This document shows, piece by piece, positions 25,701-36,859 of a stretch of 64,000 nucleotides of DNA. Made by a program: the position numbers and the translations under genes. Under the pieces are notes generated by a model. That model worked only from the letters and a program-made list of their open reading frames with translations, was not told where the DNA came from and did not search any database. The stretch comes from Takakia lepidozioides. Taxonomy: Eukaryota > Plantae > Bryophyta. Position 1 is the first letter of the stretch. Every line of letters begins with the position of its first letter. Location of the stretch: the NCBI GenBank assembly GCA_030704615.1, contig CM060733.1, positions 26,226,001 through 26,290,000 of the forward strand, given 5' to 3'.

Positions 25701-27475
25701 CTTGGTAAATCCTGCCAACATTATATTCCACGTGATCAAAGATCGCTAAGGCATTCTGTAGAAATCTTGGCGAGCATCCATGATGCTCCCGCACTTAACA
25801 TGCATGTTCACAAGGGTGTTGAGTAGAAAAAACATTTGGCATGAATCCACTTTGGATAATGTGAGTGTGCACATGATTCCAGCTTCCAGACCTTGCACTT
25901 AAGCAAGAGACAAACATACATATCTGAATCTGCTGAAATGCCTCATTGGTTTTAAGTCTGTAGAGCCTTTGTCAGTCCGCCTGCCTCACAAAGCATCTTC
26001 ACATGCCCTGCAGAAGAGGCATTGTGGACTCCCTCTCTAGATCCTCTTTCAGAAGGTGCGGTCATGGTTGAGGTGCTTGATTTTATCAACTGTGCCGCTG
26101 CAGCTGTTGCCTTTAGTTGGCCATCTATCCATTTAGGTTTCTTGTAGCTATTGATCCACATGGAATCATAGGTAATCTGGAGCTTGAAGTCCGGCCCTCT
26201 TGGATGAATCTGGACCCACACTCTATCCCTTCTCCTTCAGCTATCCATGCCTCTGCACAAAATCATGCATTCATCTTTGCCCTTGCTGCTAGCAGCTGAC
26301 AATGACAACCTAGGAAACACCCAATCACACTAGTTCCTATGCTGAATTGCGTCTGCTACTCTCTGTCATCTAATAGGCATTCAACTTTTTGCCTCAGTTG
26401 TCCCACCATTCACTGGGGTCAACAAAATATTCATTCCACACCTTCTCCTCATCTCTGTTATCTGTTTTGGATACTTTCCTGCTGGCACATCGGCAGTGAC
26501 TTGTCATAGTCATTCCAAACCACCACAGATCCACCCAACGAGCTAACTTACAGAATTCAATATGCATCTCAGGGCCGAGTCTGATGAGAGGGCAAAACGG
26601 GCTGAAATAGGTTGAAGAAGAAGGTGCCCTCATCTCATTGTCCCTGACAATTCAATATGCATCTCAGGGCCGAGTCTGATGAGAGGGAAAAACAGGCTAA
26701 AATAGGCCGAAGAAGAAGGTGCCCTCACCACATTCTCCAAGGCCTCCATACCACGCCCCTGTTGTGCACACCCTACAAGCATCATGTTCCACGTGATGAA
26801 AGATCGTTGAGGCGTTCTGTTGAACACTTGATGAGCATCCATGCTGCTCCCGCAGATAACATACATGTTGACAAGGGTGTTGAGTAGAAAAATATTTGGC
26901 GTGCACGTTGAATAATGTGAATGTGCACCTGCTTTTTAGCTTCAAGGCCTTTCATCTTGATGCACTTATGCAAGAGACAAACATACGTATCTGAATCTGC
27001 TGAAATGCCTCCTTGGTTAAAAATTAGTTGAGCCTCTTTCAGTCAGTCTACCTCACAAAGCATCTTCACATGCCCATAAGTGCCAGAAGAGGCATTGTGG
27101 ACTCCCTCTCTTGATCCTCTTCCAGAAGCTGTAGTCATGGTTGAGGTGCCTGATTTGATCAATTGTGCCGCTGCAGCTGCTGCCTTTGGCGATGCAACCA
27201 TGCACCTCTTTGCATCTGGTAATCTGACAAGCATTCACCTTGGTACATTTCCAGCTCTGAAGATGTCGCCATGGACCTCTTTCCCCTTTTCCAAAGCTGC
27301 CAGGGCAGTGTTCAGATTGACATTTGTACCTATTACTTTGATGATATCCCCATGCACCTCTTTGCCCTTCTCCAGGGCTGCCAGGCTTGCACAAGCATTG
27401 CAAATGCACACCAACATGATGTGCTTCCCTCATCATTTTCTCATAGGTCTCCAAAGCCTCCATCCCATTTCCCTG
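22780..27475. pseudogene. Cluster of fragmentary PDF-motif/PLS-PPR pseudogene copies in both orientations
   Basis: Repeated WNEY..DPSEWWDN.GKK|intron|IHPRGPDFKHK...LWI..PPWV exons and PLS motifs (LVDIYAKCG, VSWNAMLAGYAQ) with stops and frameshifts. Confidence 0.85.
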
Positions 27476-29199
27476 CCGTGGAGGTTTACTATTTCATGAG
27501 CCCATGAGCCCATGAGCCTATGAGCTCATGAGCGGGCATCCGCGGAATTGGAATTTTCGTGCCTTTATTGACGGTATTAGGTCCTCATACCTCGATAATA
27601 TGGTATGTTTCTCCTGGTCCAGGATGCGGACTGAGGTATTTTGGCGCCGTTATTCCACGTCACGACTGTAAAAACATTGTGCAGGACAGGAGAGAGACAC
27701 AAACTTGTAGCCCTCACAAGCCATTATACTGACAGGGTAATATATTTAGGGTTAGACGACAGTTGAACTTGCAAACCCCATTCAACACAACATCAACCCC
27801 ACATTGACATGACAGAAAATTGCCATACACGCTCGAAATACAAACATCAGGAAACTAGAAGTTTTTATTTTGTACAGCGACAACTCCGAGCTTCCATCAT
27901 CAGAAATGGACCAGTGCAGCATAAGAAACCTGTGGAACTGTAGATGCATATATTGGTACAAATTTCTTTTCATATCGTTTTTGATCTTAAGGCAGATAGT
28001 TTAGGCATTGTATTGCCAAAGTAGGGCAGTTTGCGAGTTATCTGGGAATCGTTGGTAAAGCACGTAGGAATTTAGATTATGTCTGAGATGACCATGGAGG
28101 AGCTCTGACGTCAAAATGACCGTAGGGAGCTGCATCGACAACGAGTTAGGCTGCTAATTCGGTACCAGTAACGACAACATGCACCTGTTCGAAACAATAC
28201 ATGACGACTGTTCCAGTCCCGGATTGCGATCTCTCTATTATCCCGCCTTTCAAGTCCAGTAAGAGCACGCGGCGAGGAGTCTTGGCAATTGGAAGAAACA
28301 ATCTGTACAGCGATGAAATATCGCGATAAAGCAAGTGCTGCATCGGAGCAAACGATGGGTGAAGGAGCTTCCCGACGAAGTTTTGAACTCCTCAGCAATG
28401 CAAAGTGTGTAGGAGGAAACTCCAGATGATCTATGACCCAGTGGCAGGGCCAAAGACCCCCTGGGGGCACCACCAGTATTTTTACTGCCAGGAAGCGGCA
28501 GACTGCCTATATGGCGAAACCATGGAAACCAACCAAAGGTGTGGTTTTTCTTCCCCAATTCCCTTGAGATTTTACATGCAGCTATGGGACATCTAATTAT
28601 AATTTGTCACCAAGTTTGAGGATTTTTGGAGGTGATGAGAGATGGCATCAAATTATCACGCCGGAGGCAGTTGTGAAAGGCGATTGAATGGAATTCTAGT
28701 TCATCCAATGGATGAAATCTGGAAATTCGACCTGCAAGCTGGAGGGATGAGAAGACAACCTAGCGCCAACTGGTCATCCATTAGATGGATGAAAAACCAG
28801 ATTTATCATTAACACCAAGATTTTCCATCCATGGTTATTATTTTATGGTGTTCTATCGTTTTTAAATTATAGATTCATCTAGGAAATAATAGTTTAAGAC
28901 TATCATTCACTAGTTTAAGAGGCCCCAAAAACACAATAAAAGAAGAGCAAGCTCCTCTTGTTCTTCAATCTAGTCTCATTTCCTTGTTTTGGCCTCTTGC
29001 TTGTGTAGTTAGTTTTGAGCTTGATGGAGCTAGTTCCTAGAGAGTTGAGCTTGTGGCTCTCTAGTATTAGAAGCAAGCATAGTGAGAGCAGGATAGTCCT
29101 AGCTCAAGGCCTTGTGGCCATTTGAGGCAAGAAGTAGAGGAAGCGCTCCATTTGATGCATAAATTTGCGTTAAATGTCAAAGTCATCCGAATAACAGTC

Positions 29200-30460
29200 T
29201 ACCAATTTTCTTTATATCGTCTTCAAATTCATCTTCCAACTTCAGTAAGTCAACTTCTTCCTGAGCGAAATCATCAAAATTATCGACAAATGCATTGCAA
29301 CCAACTCGTGGGTTGTCAGGCCAATTTTTTGACAACTAGCACACGCTAGTCCAAATTCCGTGACCCCAAACGCAACGTCGAAGACTTATCAAAATGCCAA
29401 CAATCGAGAATACCCTCTCTATCTCGATTTGGCTACAAGGAATCCCTAGGATTTGTCGTGCTAGATATGCAATCGTCGGGAACTGCCCCTCATGTGCTCT
29501 CCACCATTCCAAAGGTTTCTCGCATGCTTCCATAGGAACTTGCATATGCCGGAAACATGTAATATATATCATTAATATGTGACTCGAAATCCTACCATAA
29601 ACATCATGAGTTGAAATTAAAATATTTATGATAATCCCATTTTTTGGGCCAAGTAATGCAAGCTTGAATGGCGGCTTTGAGCAATTTTAATTGATATGCC
29701 AAAATAACCATCTCCAATTTTCTCATCCTTCGTAGAATATTGGCACGTTTTGCTTAGTGCATGCCCAAAACAAGCACCTTCAAACGGAAGAAATAGATCC
29801 AGCGCTTTGCATTTTATGACCATTTTCAGCCTAAAAGTCATGGTTTGCAAATTTGTACCCTCATCTTTCACATAACAAAGAATTTTGTTTGTGAGGTCAA
29901 ACCTGTCAAGGAGTGCACGAAGCTGAAGTGATAGGCCTGCACCGGTGGTGTCATTGGCATGATCAAACAATCTGACGGTTATATGTCTCGGGTCCCAATT
30001 TATAGGCAAAAATTAATTACCAAAATACAGGTATCATGGGCATCCATGCTCATCCATAAGTCAAAGGTAGCAGTGGCTGTACTACATTCAAAAATATAAT
30101 GACGGACATAAAGCTGTAAAGTGCGTTCTACCATGGCCAGGAGAACCTCTTCAGTCAACATTCTTCGAGATGGAAAACAATACGTGGGTCTCGTCTTAAT
30201 TCAAACCTTCAAGTTTGTTACACTACTTAGGGGAAGTATCATTTGACAATGAGCAACACTAAAGCCTTGAGAAATTCTTTTTGCTGCTCGTCTTGTTTTT
30301 TGTAGAGCTTTGACTTCCAAAAAATTGGGAAATAGTACATGGTGTAACCTTAGTGCGTTTCTTGTGCGACTGTCTATCACTAAACTCATGAGACACGGGG
30401 TTTATGCGCTGAGCAGCAAGTTCGTAAGTGTACCTATTGGTCACCTTTGCAATTTTTAGC
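29200..30460 (-). mobile_element. hAT transposase remnant (pseudogene)
   Basis: hAT dimerization motif PLEWWRAHEGQFPTIAYLARQILGIPCSQIEIERVFS, plus the core segment YVKDEGTNL...CFGHALS. Confidence 0.85.
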
Positions 30461-31944
30461 AGCTACTGTGAAATCAAAGAAGACAAAGATAAGCAAAGCG
30501 GAAACGGCTGTGTTTTTCCTTTTCAGGGTCCAACCACACTGTGCGTTCTATAAGTGTCAGGGAGTGGAGTGTCTTAATATTTCGAAGACATAATAACTGT
30601 TTACTACTTTTTTCCTTTCCTAGTCATAGTTCAAGAGAAGCAACGACGTTAGGCTGTGACCCCAGGCCATAGGTTTACGCTTGTACACGTGGCTGAATTC
30701 ATGGCCCACGCCACATCATCAACTAGTAAGGGTGTCTATTCCCGTGGACAAGGCTCCCCTATTGCTGCAAAACAAATTGGAACAATGTGGAAAAAACATG
30801 CATGTAACATTGAAGATGAAACAATGTTAAAAAACATGATTTTAGCATATAAACTGAAATTGGTACTGGACTTGTACACTTAATACAATCCGAATGATAG
30901 AAGAGAATAATGTGTCAAAGATTTTAAGTGATTTTTTCAAACTACGAATAGAACATATTTTATGTCCACCTATCCACATCTCACTACAAAAGAGTATCAA
31001 CCTTTGTGTAAGACAGTGTGGGCTGGTGAGTATTATCATTTTGTTTGGGTTTACAAAACATCACGTCAAAAAAAATGTAGTACAAATGTTTGTACGGGAT
31101 ATACTTCCATCTCTTTGGACAATTGCAATTAATTGTCACCATGATGTCATATGTCTTACCCTACAAATCAGATTCGCAGATGACGATTGTGTATACATGT
31201 ACATATCGTGGATGAGAAATACCAATGAAACAACCCCAAGTCTCTTATATCGTTTGTACTGCAACATGATAGAGAATTCAACAGTACAATATGCAGCAGA
31301 GACCATAGGAAAGTATGGGGTTGCTGCAAAATAAGTGTGCGTTGATGCACTTGTTTTTCAGCCCCCACCAAAACGAAAAATGGGAAAAATCAAAACAACA
31401 GTTGTTTTGGGGGTACATGTTCAGAAAGTAAGCATCACTTGTCTCCTTCTCACCATATTTCCTTCTCTTTGGCCGAAAGTCAGATTTACTTGCAGCCATT
31501 CCTATCACTGTGCAAAATTGTTAAGCACATACATTTTCCCAAATAGTCTTTTGGACTACTGCATTGAGTGTCATCTGCATACAATACAATTAATTATAAT
31601 CAAGTATGCATGTAGATGACAGATTACAATAATGTTTTCATAGTAGTTTTTTCATATCATTATGGATGTGATGACTAGTGTAATAATACCATGGCCAGTT
31701 TAACAATTTAGGTCAGCTTTTTGGCAGTTAATGTTTGCTCAATCAATCAACTAATACCAGATAGCATATGCAATCTAGCATAATTGCATCTAAGTTACTC
31801 TGGTCTGAGACCCTTTTTAATTGGAGCTCAACGTACTACAAAAGCATTTAAGACGTCCAGCTGCTACCACTGCTACTATAAGACCAATGTAATTATATGG
31901 CATCATTGAGTGATGTTGTAGCAAATAGCTTTATCTAAAGTAAA

Positions 31945-32106
31945 AAATATATGACGCCTCCAGAAGGGAGCGTAACTTATGGTGTCACTTCACCACAAGG
32001 GCTACTGCCTTCCAGCTGAAAGGTGGACACCTTCATGATACATCAGACCGTGGTTTGAACCCACAACCACATCCAACGTGGTATGTGCCCATTGCCACTG
32101 GGCTAC
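31945..32106 (-). mobile_element. tRNA-derived SINE-like element
   Basis: Minus strand reads GTAGCCCAGTGG (A box) ... GGTTCAAACC (B box), followed by a non-tRNA body. Confidence 0.5.
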
Positions 32107-32397
32107 ATGCTGGTTGTCAGCCTTATCTACAATTTAGCAGTACTACCCACATATGAGTCAATATCCTGGCAGCTCTATAGTCAACTTGTCATTCAAGGAG
32201 AGTGTAAAAGAACATAGTCATAAAGTCTATATAAAATTATGTTATATATCATATTCAAAGGCATATCTTATATTTCTATTTGATGTATATAATAACTATG
32301 TTAGGGTTTTCATGACAACTTAGAACTCAGTTGCATTGAGAAATAAAATAACAATATAATTGTAGGTAGTATCATAAATACCATGTCAGCCACCACA

Positions 32398-32760
32398 CAC
32401 TATAATAGATTGCGGCTTTTACGTCTCTCTGTGTTATGACTGCAAATGCAGTTATAGAAGCCATTTACGACTTCCTGACTCTGAAAACGTAAAAGCCTAG
32501 TCAGTTGTGACATGGCAGATATGACTCTCCAGGCTGGCTGTGACGTGGCGCCTGAGCAGCTGTGGGGGTAGTCATACACGCTCATGACTGAACGGACAGT
32601 GTAGTCCATGTCAGCGGCTGTGCCAGAGTGACACGTGGCAGAGTGTTCGCTCTACTACGGGCGTGCTAATCCAATTGCAACATGTGGCGCGTTGCAATTT
32701 TTACACGCGGTCCCTCAGCAGGTTGACATGTGTCATGATGGGTGAATTTTTGGGTGTATT
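32398..32760 (+). mobile_element. CACTA-type terminus with subterminal repeats (orphan left end)
   Basis: CACTATAATAGATTGCGGCTTTTACG matches the 39937 terminus at 22/26 positions (C/T differences only) and shares TATGACT/AGTCAT subterminal repeats. Confidence 0.6.
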
Positions 32761-33519
32761 GCTATTTTATTTCATTTTTTGTATTTCCACCGCGTGGTGT
32801 AGTACCATTGGAGAGTGAAAATAGATGCAGTCATTATTATGACTATGATAGAAGTCATATACATGTCTATTACAACAATGAAATATAATATATAATACAA
32901 ACAGGACAAGGCAGCAAGATATAACAGCGCCAAGCTGAGCAAACCCAAGAGATTGTACACCATTTCTATTTATCAATCTATTTATCATTATCATTTTTGT
33001 CGCGATCTAAAAATACATAAAATAGTCACATGTTCTCATGTGAATTATATTGTCTAATTATAACACTTTGACAAGTGTTCAACCTAATCTTCTAACTACT
33101 CATGTATTCCATCAATCTGCAACCCATCAAAAACTAAGGCTTGCATGGCTTTAAGAATCACAAAAGCAAGGACATCTGTTTGTTTTCCAAGTTCTTGCAT
33201 AAGATGCACCAACCAACATTGCATTGTGAGACACTCACTCACTATACTCCGAAGCGTCCAAGGAAGGTCACTGAGCAACCTGCCAAGGTGGAAACAATTA
33301 AGAGAATTATCTAATACCATACATGAAAAACCAATGCCAGTGTTGTTTATGGTAACTTCTATCCCATGGACTCATAAACAAACCAAAGCAAACAGGTTGG
33401 TGTGTGTTGGCGAAGTCAGATACTTCACAAAGAAACGTGCACTTAAAATGAGAGCCAGGAGGATAGGAAGCTCACTCACATTTATACAAAGACGTCTTGC
33501 CCACTACCCAGCACCCTGC

Positions 33520-36270
33520 GTCACCCACACTCTATCTCTACTCCTTAAGCTATCCATGCCTCTGCACAAATCAAGCATTCATCCTTGCCTTGCTGCTAGC
33601 AGCTGACAATGACGGCCTAGAATCGTCAAAGCAAATAGTAGCAGGGAAAATAGGGTGAAATATGTTGAAGAAGGTACCTTCACCCCTTTCCCCATCATTT
33701 GCTTTCAGGTCTCCAAATCCCCATCCCACGCTCCTGCTCTGCACACCCTGCAAGCATCGCATTCCACGACACCACATCTCGTTCAGCCATACTCCCTTGG
33801 CATCCTCAGTGCTCCCACATTTAGCATACATGGCCACCAGAGCAATGTTCAGGATGACATCTTATTGCCATTTGTGCTGAAGTCCAAAGGTTAACTACAG
33901 GTAGACCCCAACAGCAAAGCATGGAGCATCCATTTCCCAACCATTGACTATTGTAACCTGCAAAGGAGCCCAAAATTGTAAAAATGAACCCCCAAGACTC
34001 ATCCTAAGTTCCTGTGGGTAAATGGCTGGGGACCATAAAAATACCTGAATCAATGGCCTTCAACAGCAGCTGCTGTTGCTGGGAAGTAAGGAACGGACTG
34101 CACCGCCATAGTCCCTCCACCTCCTCCACACTCTTCCATAGCTGAATTACGTCTCCCACCATCTGACACGCATAATAACACGCATAAAAATACCCTCACA
34201 TGAAACAAGTACCCTCATAACCTGGTAAAAATCCACAGGCCACGCGGCCAGACCAGATGTTTTGCTCACCCTTGCATTCCACCCCTGCTCCAGCCTACCA
34301 CCAAAATCAAACTCATAGCAATCAGCTTACAAATACCCAGCCCACATATATTTGGACAGAAACTTAAACAACCAGATTCTCATAGACAACCATACTGCAC
34401 ATTGAACCCTTGGCCACAAAACGACACGACACGCCCTCCTCACCAACACTGCCTCACCATAGATACAAATCCTCGTATGCAATGCCACCAAGTAATTCAC
34501 CCCCACACTATTTATTCCTGGCAGCAGTCACTCTACCCCTGCTCCTTCAGCTATCCATGCCTCTGCACAATCATGCATTCATCCTTGCCTTGCTGCTAGC
34601 ATCTGACGATGACAACCTAGATTTGTTCTAGGAAACACCCAACTCAGCTTATCAAACTAGTTCCTATGTTGAATTGCGTCTGCTACTGTCTGTAATCCAA
34701 CATGCATTCACCTTTTTGCCTCGATTGTCCCACCATTGACTAGGGTCAGAGCTTCGCCTTCGTCTCTGTTACCTGTTTCTGGATACTTTCCAGGTGTCAC
34801 GTTGGCAGTATCATGTCAAAGTCACTCCAATCTATCAAAGATCCACTCAAGCTAACTTGCAGAATTCAACATGAAAATTTAGGGCCGAAAAACAAGGTGA
34901 AATGTGTTGAACAAGGTACCTTGATTAGCAGTGTCTGATTTTATCAATTGTGCCGCTGCTTCTGCAGCTTCCAATTGACCATCTACCCATGCAGGACCTA
35001 TGATGGACCTCTGTGCCCTTTCCCAGAGCTGCCAGGCTCGCATTGGGCATACATGTCCACCTGGGCATAGTTCAAATGACATCTGGTACAATTCCAGCTT
35101 TGACATTGACACCATGGATCTGCTCCATTTTCCAGGGCTGCCAGGCTCGCATTTGGCATAGATGTCCACCAGAGCAGAGTTCAGAATGACATCTAGTACA
35201 TTTCAGCTTTGACAATATCACCGAGGACCTGTCCGTCCATTCCACAGCTATCAGACTCACATTCGGCATACATGTCACCAAGGCAGTGCTCAAAATCAGA
35301 TTTGGTGTACAGTTCCAGCTTTGACAATGTCACCATGGGCCTCTACTCCCTTTTCCAGGGCTGCCACGCTCGCCTAAACTTGTGTTCAAAATCACATATG
35401 GTACGTTCCAGCTAATTTGACGATGTCACCATGGCCTCTGCTCTCTTTTCTAGGGCTGTTAGGCTCACATTTGGCATACATGTCCACGAGGGCAGTGCTC
35501 AGAATCACATCTGGTACAATTCCAGCTTTGACGATGTCACCATGGACCTCTTTGCCCAGTTCTAGGGCTGCCAGGCTCACATTTGGCATACATGTGGTGC
35601 ATGGCAGTGCTCGGAATGATATCTAGTACAATTCCAGCTTTGACGATGTCACCTAGGAACTTTGCGCCTTCATAGGTAGCATGCTCGCATTTGGCATACA
35701 TGTCCACCAGGGCAGTGCTCAGAATCATACCTGATACAATTCGCGCTTTGAAGATGTCACCATGGAAGTCTTTGCCCTTTTCCAGCCCGCTGTCAGGCTC
35801 GCACATGCTTTGCCCCCACAAACCAACGTGATGTGGTCAGGTTGAAGTACACCTCTCCCCGTACCTGATTATAGGGGCACATAGAGGACCTTGAGGATGA
35901 TCTGAAGGGCCTACCTCTACCCTGGACACCAGACCTGAAATTTAAACTCAAGTTGGGGAGTCTATCTTTGCACAGATGTAGAGAGGTAAAGGAGATAGTA
36001 AATGTCCGACATGCCAACGGCCTGAAGACGATATCCGTTCTTTGATACAATGCCTGAGTAACATCAAAGTCACTCCAAACCACCACAGATCCACCCAACG
36101 AGCTAACTTACAGACTTCAATATGCAAATTCAGAGCTTCCTCTGATGAGAGGGCAAAATAGGTTGAATAGGTCGAAGAAGAAGGTGCCCTCACCACATCG
36201 ACCTTGTGTCATGACCCATGGAGGATTTGACTGACCATGAACCCATGAGGACCTCTTGTGTGTGCTGCTT
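33520..36270 (-). pseudogene. Second cluster of decayed PDF/PLS-PPR fragments
   Basis: Tandem GKEVHGDIVKAGIVPDVILSTALVDMYAKC units with frameshifts, plus copies of the PDF-gene intron. Confidence 0.8.
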
Positions 36271-36539
36271 GTGTCTGTAGTTAGGTAATGTCAGATTGGT
36301 CAGTGAGAACCACCACGGTGCAGCTGAGTGGGCAGAGATTGAAACACGGTCTGCTAAGACCAAGCTAACTCTCCCAAGAACCTTGTAAACATCAGGAAGA
36401 ATACCAAATCATGGTACTAACAGGAGCCAACAACCCACATTTGCAGGATGGACAAACTTCTTCACATCGTACATTAAGAAAAAGTCACACCTTGCGATTG
36501 CGATTGTCCCACCATCGTGAAGGATCTTTAAGAAACTCA

Positions 36540-36840
36540 TGCCAGCGATGGCGGTCGCTTAATTTTAAAAATATATTAAAAAAAACCAGTGACCGCCATA
36601 ATATGGCGGTCGCTTTATTTTAAAAATATTAAAAATATTTTTAATTTCAGAAATATGCAGCGACTGCCAGTAATGTCGGTCGCATTTATTTTTTACTTTT
36701 TTAAATAGAGCGACTACCATTACTGGCGGTCACTTGTATATTTTTAATTTCTGAAAATGCAGCAACCGCCAGTAATGACGATCGTTTTTATTTTTTATTT
36801 TTAAAAATAGAGCGATCACCATTATTGGTGGTCATTTAAA
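36540..36840. repeat. Array of ~6 imperfect 24-27-bp palindromes (GCGACCGCCA-n4-TGGCGGTCGC) in AT-rich spacers
   Basis: Copies near 36545 (half), 36589, 36660, 36709, 36761 and 36811. Confidence 0.75.
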
Positions 36841-36859
36841 ATTTAAAAAAAAACCGCAC

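Noticed and set aside
26575-26615. CTGATGA...GAAA hammerhead-like motif repeated in PPR fragments
   Set aside because: No stem II pairing forms between the boxes. The recurrence is explained by the duplicated pseudogene sequence.
31945-32106. tRNA gene
   Set aside because: A and B boxes are present but no convincing acceptor or anticodon stems, so it was treated as SINE-like.
36540-36840. CRISPR-like repeat/spacer appearance
   Set aside because: The repeats are degenerate, the spacers are low-complexity AT tracts similar to each other, there are no cas genes, and the context is eukaryotic.
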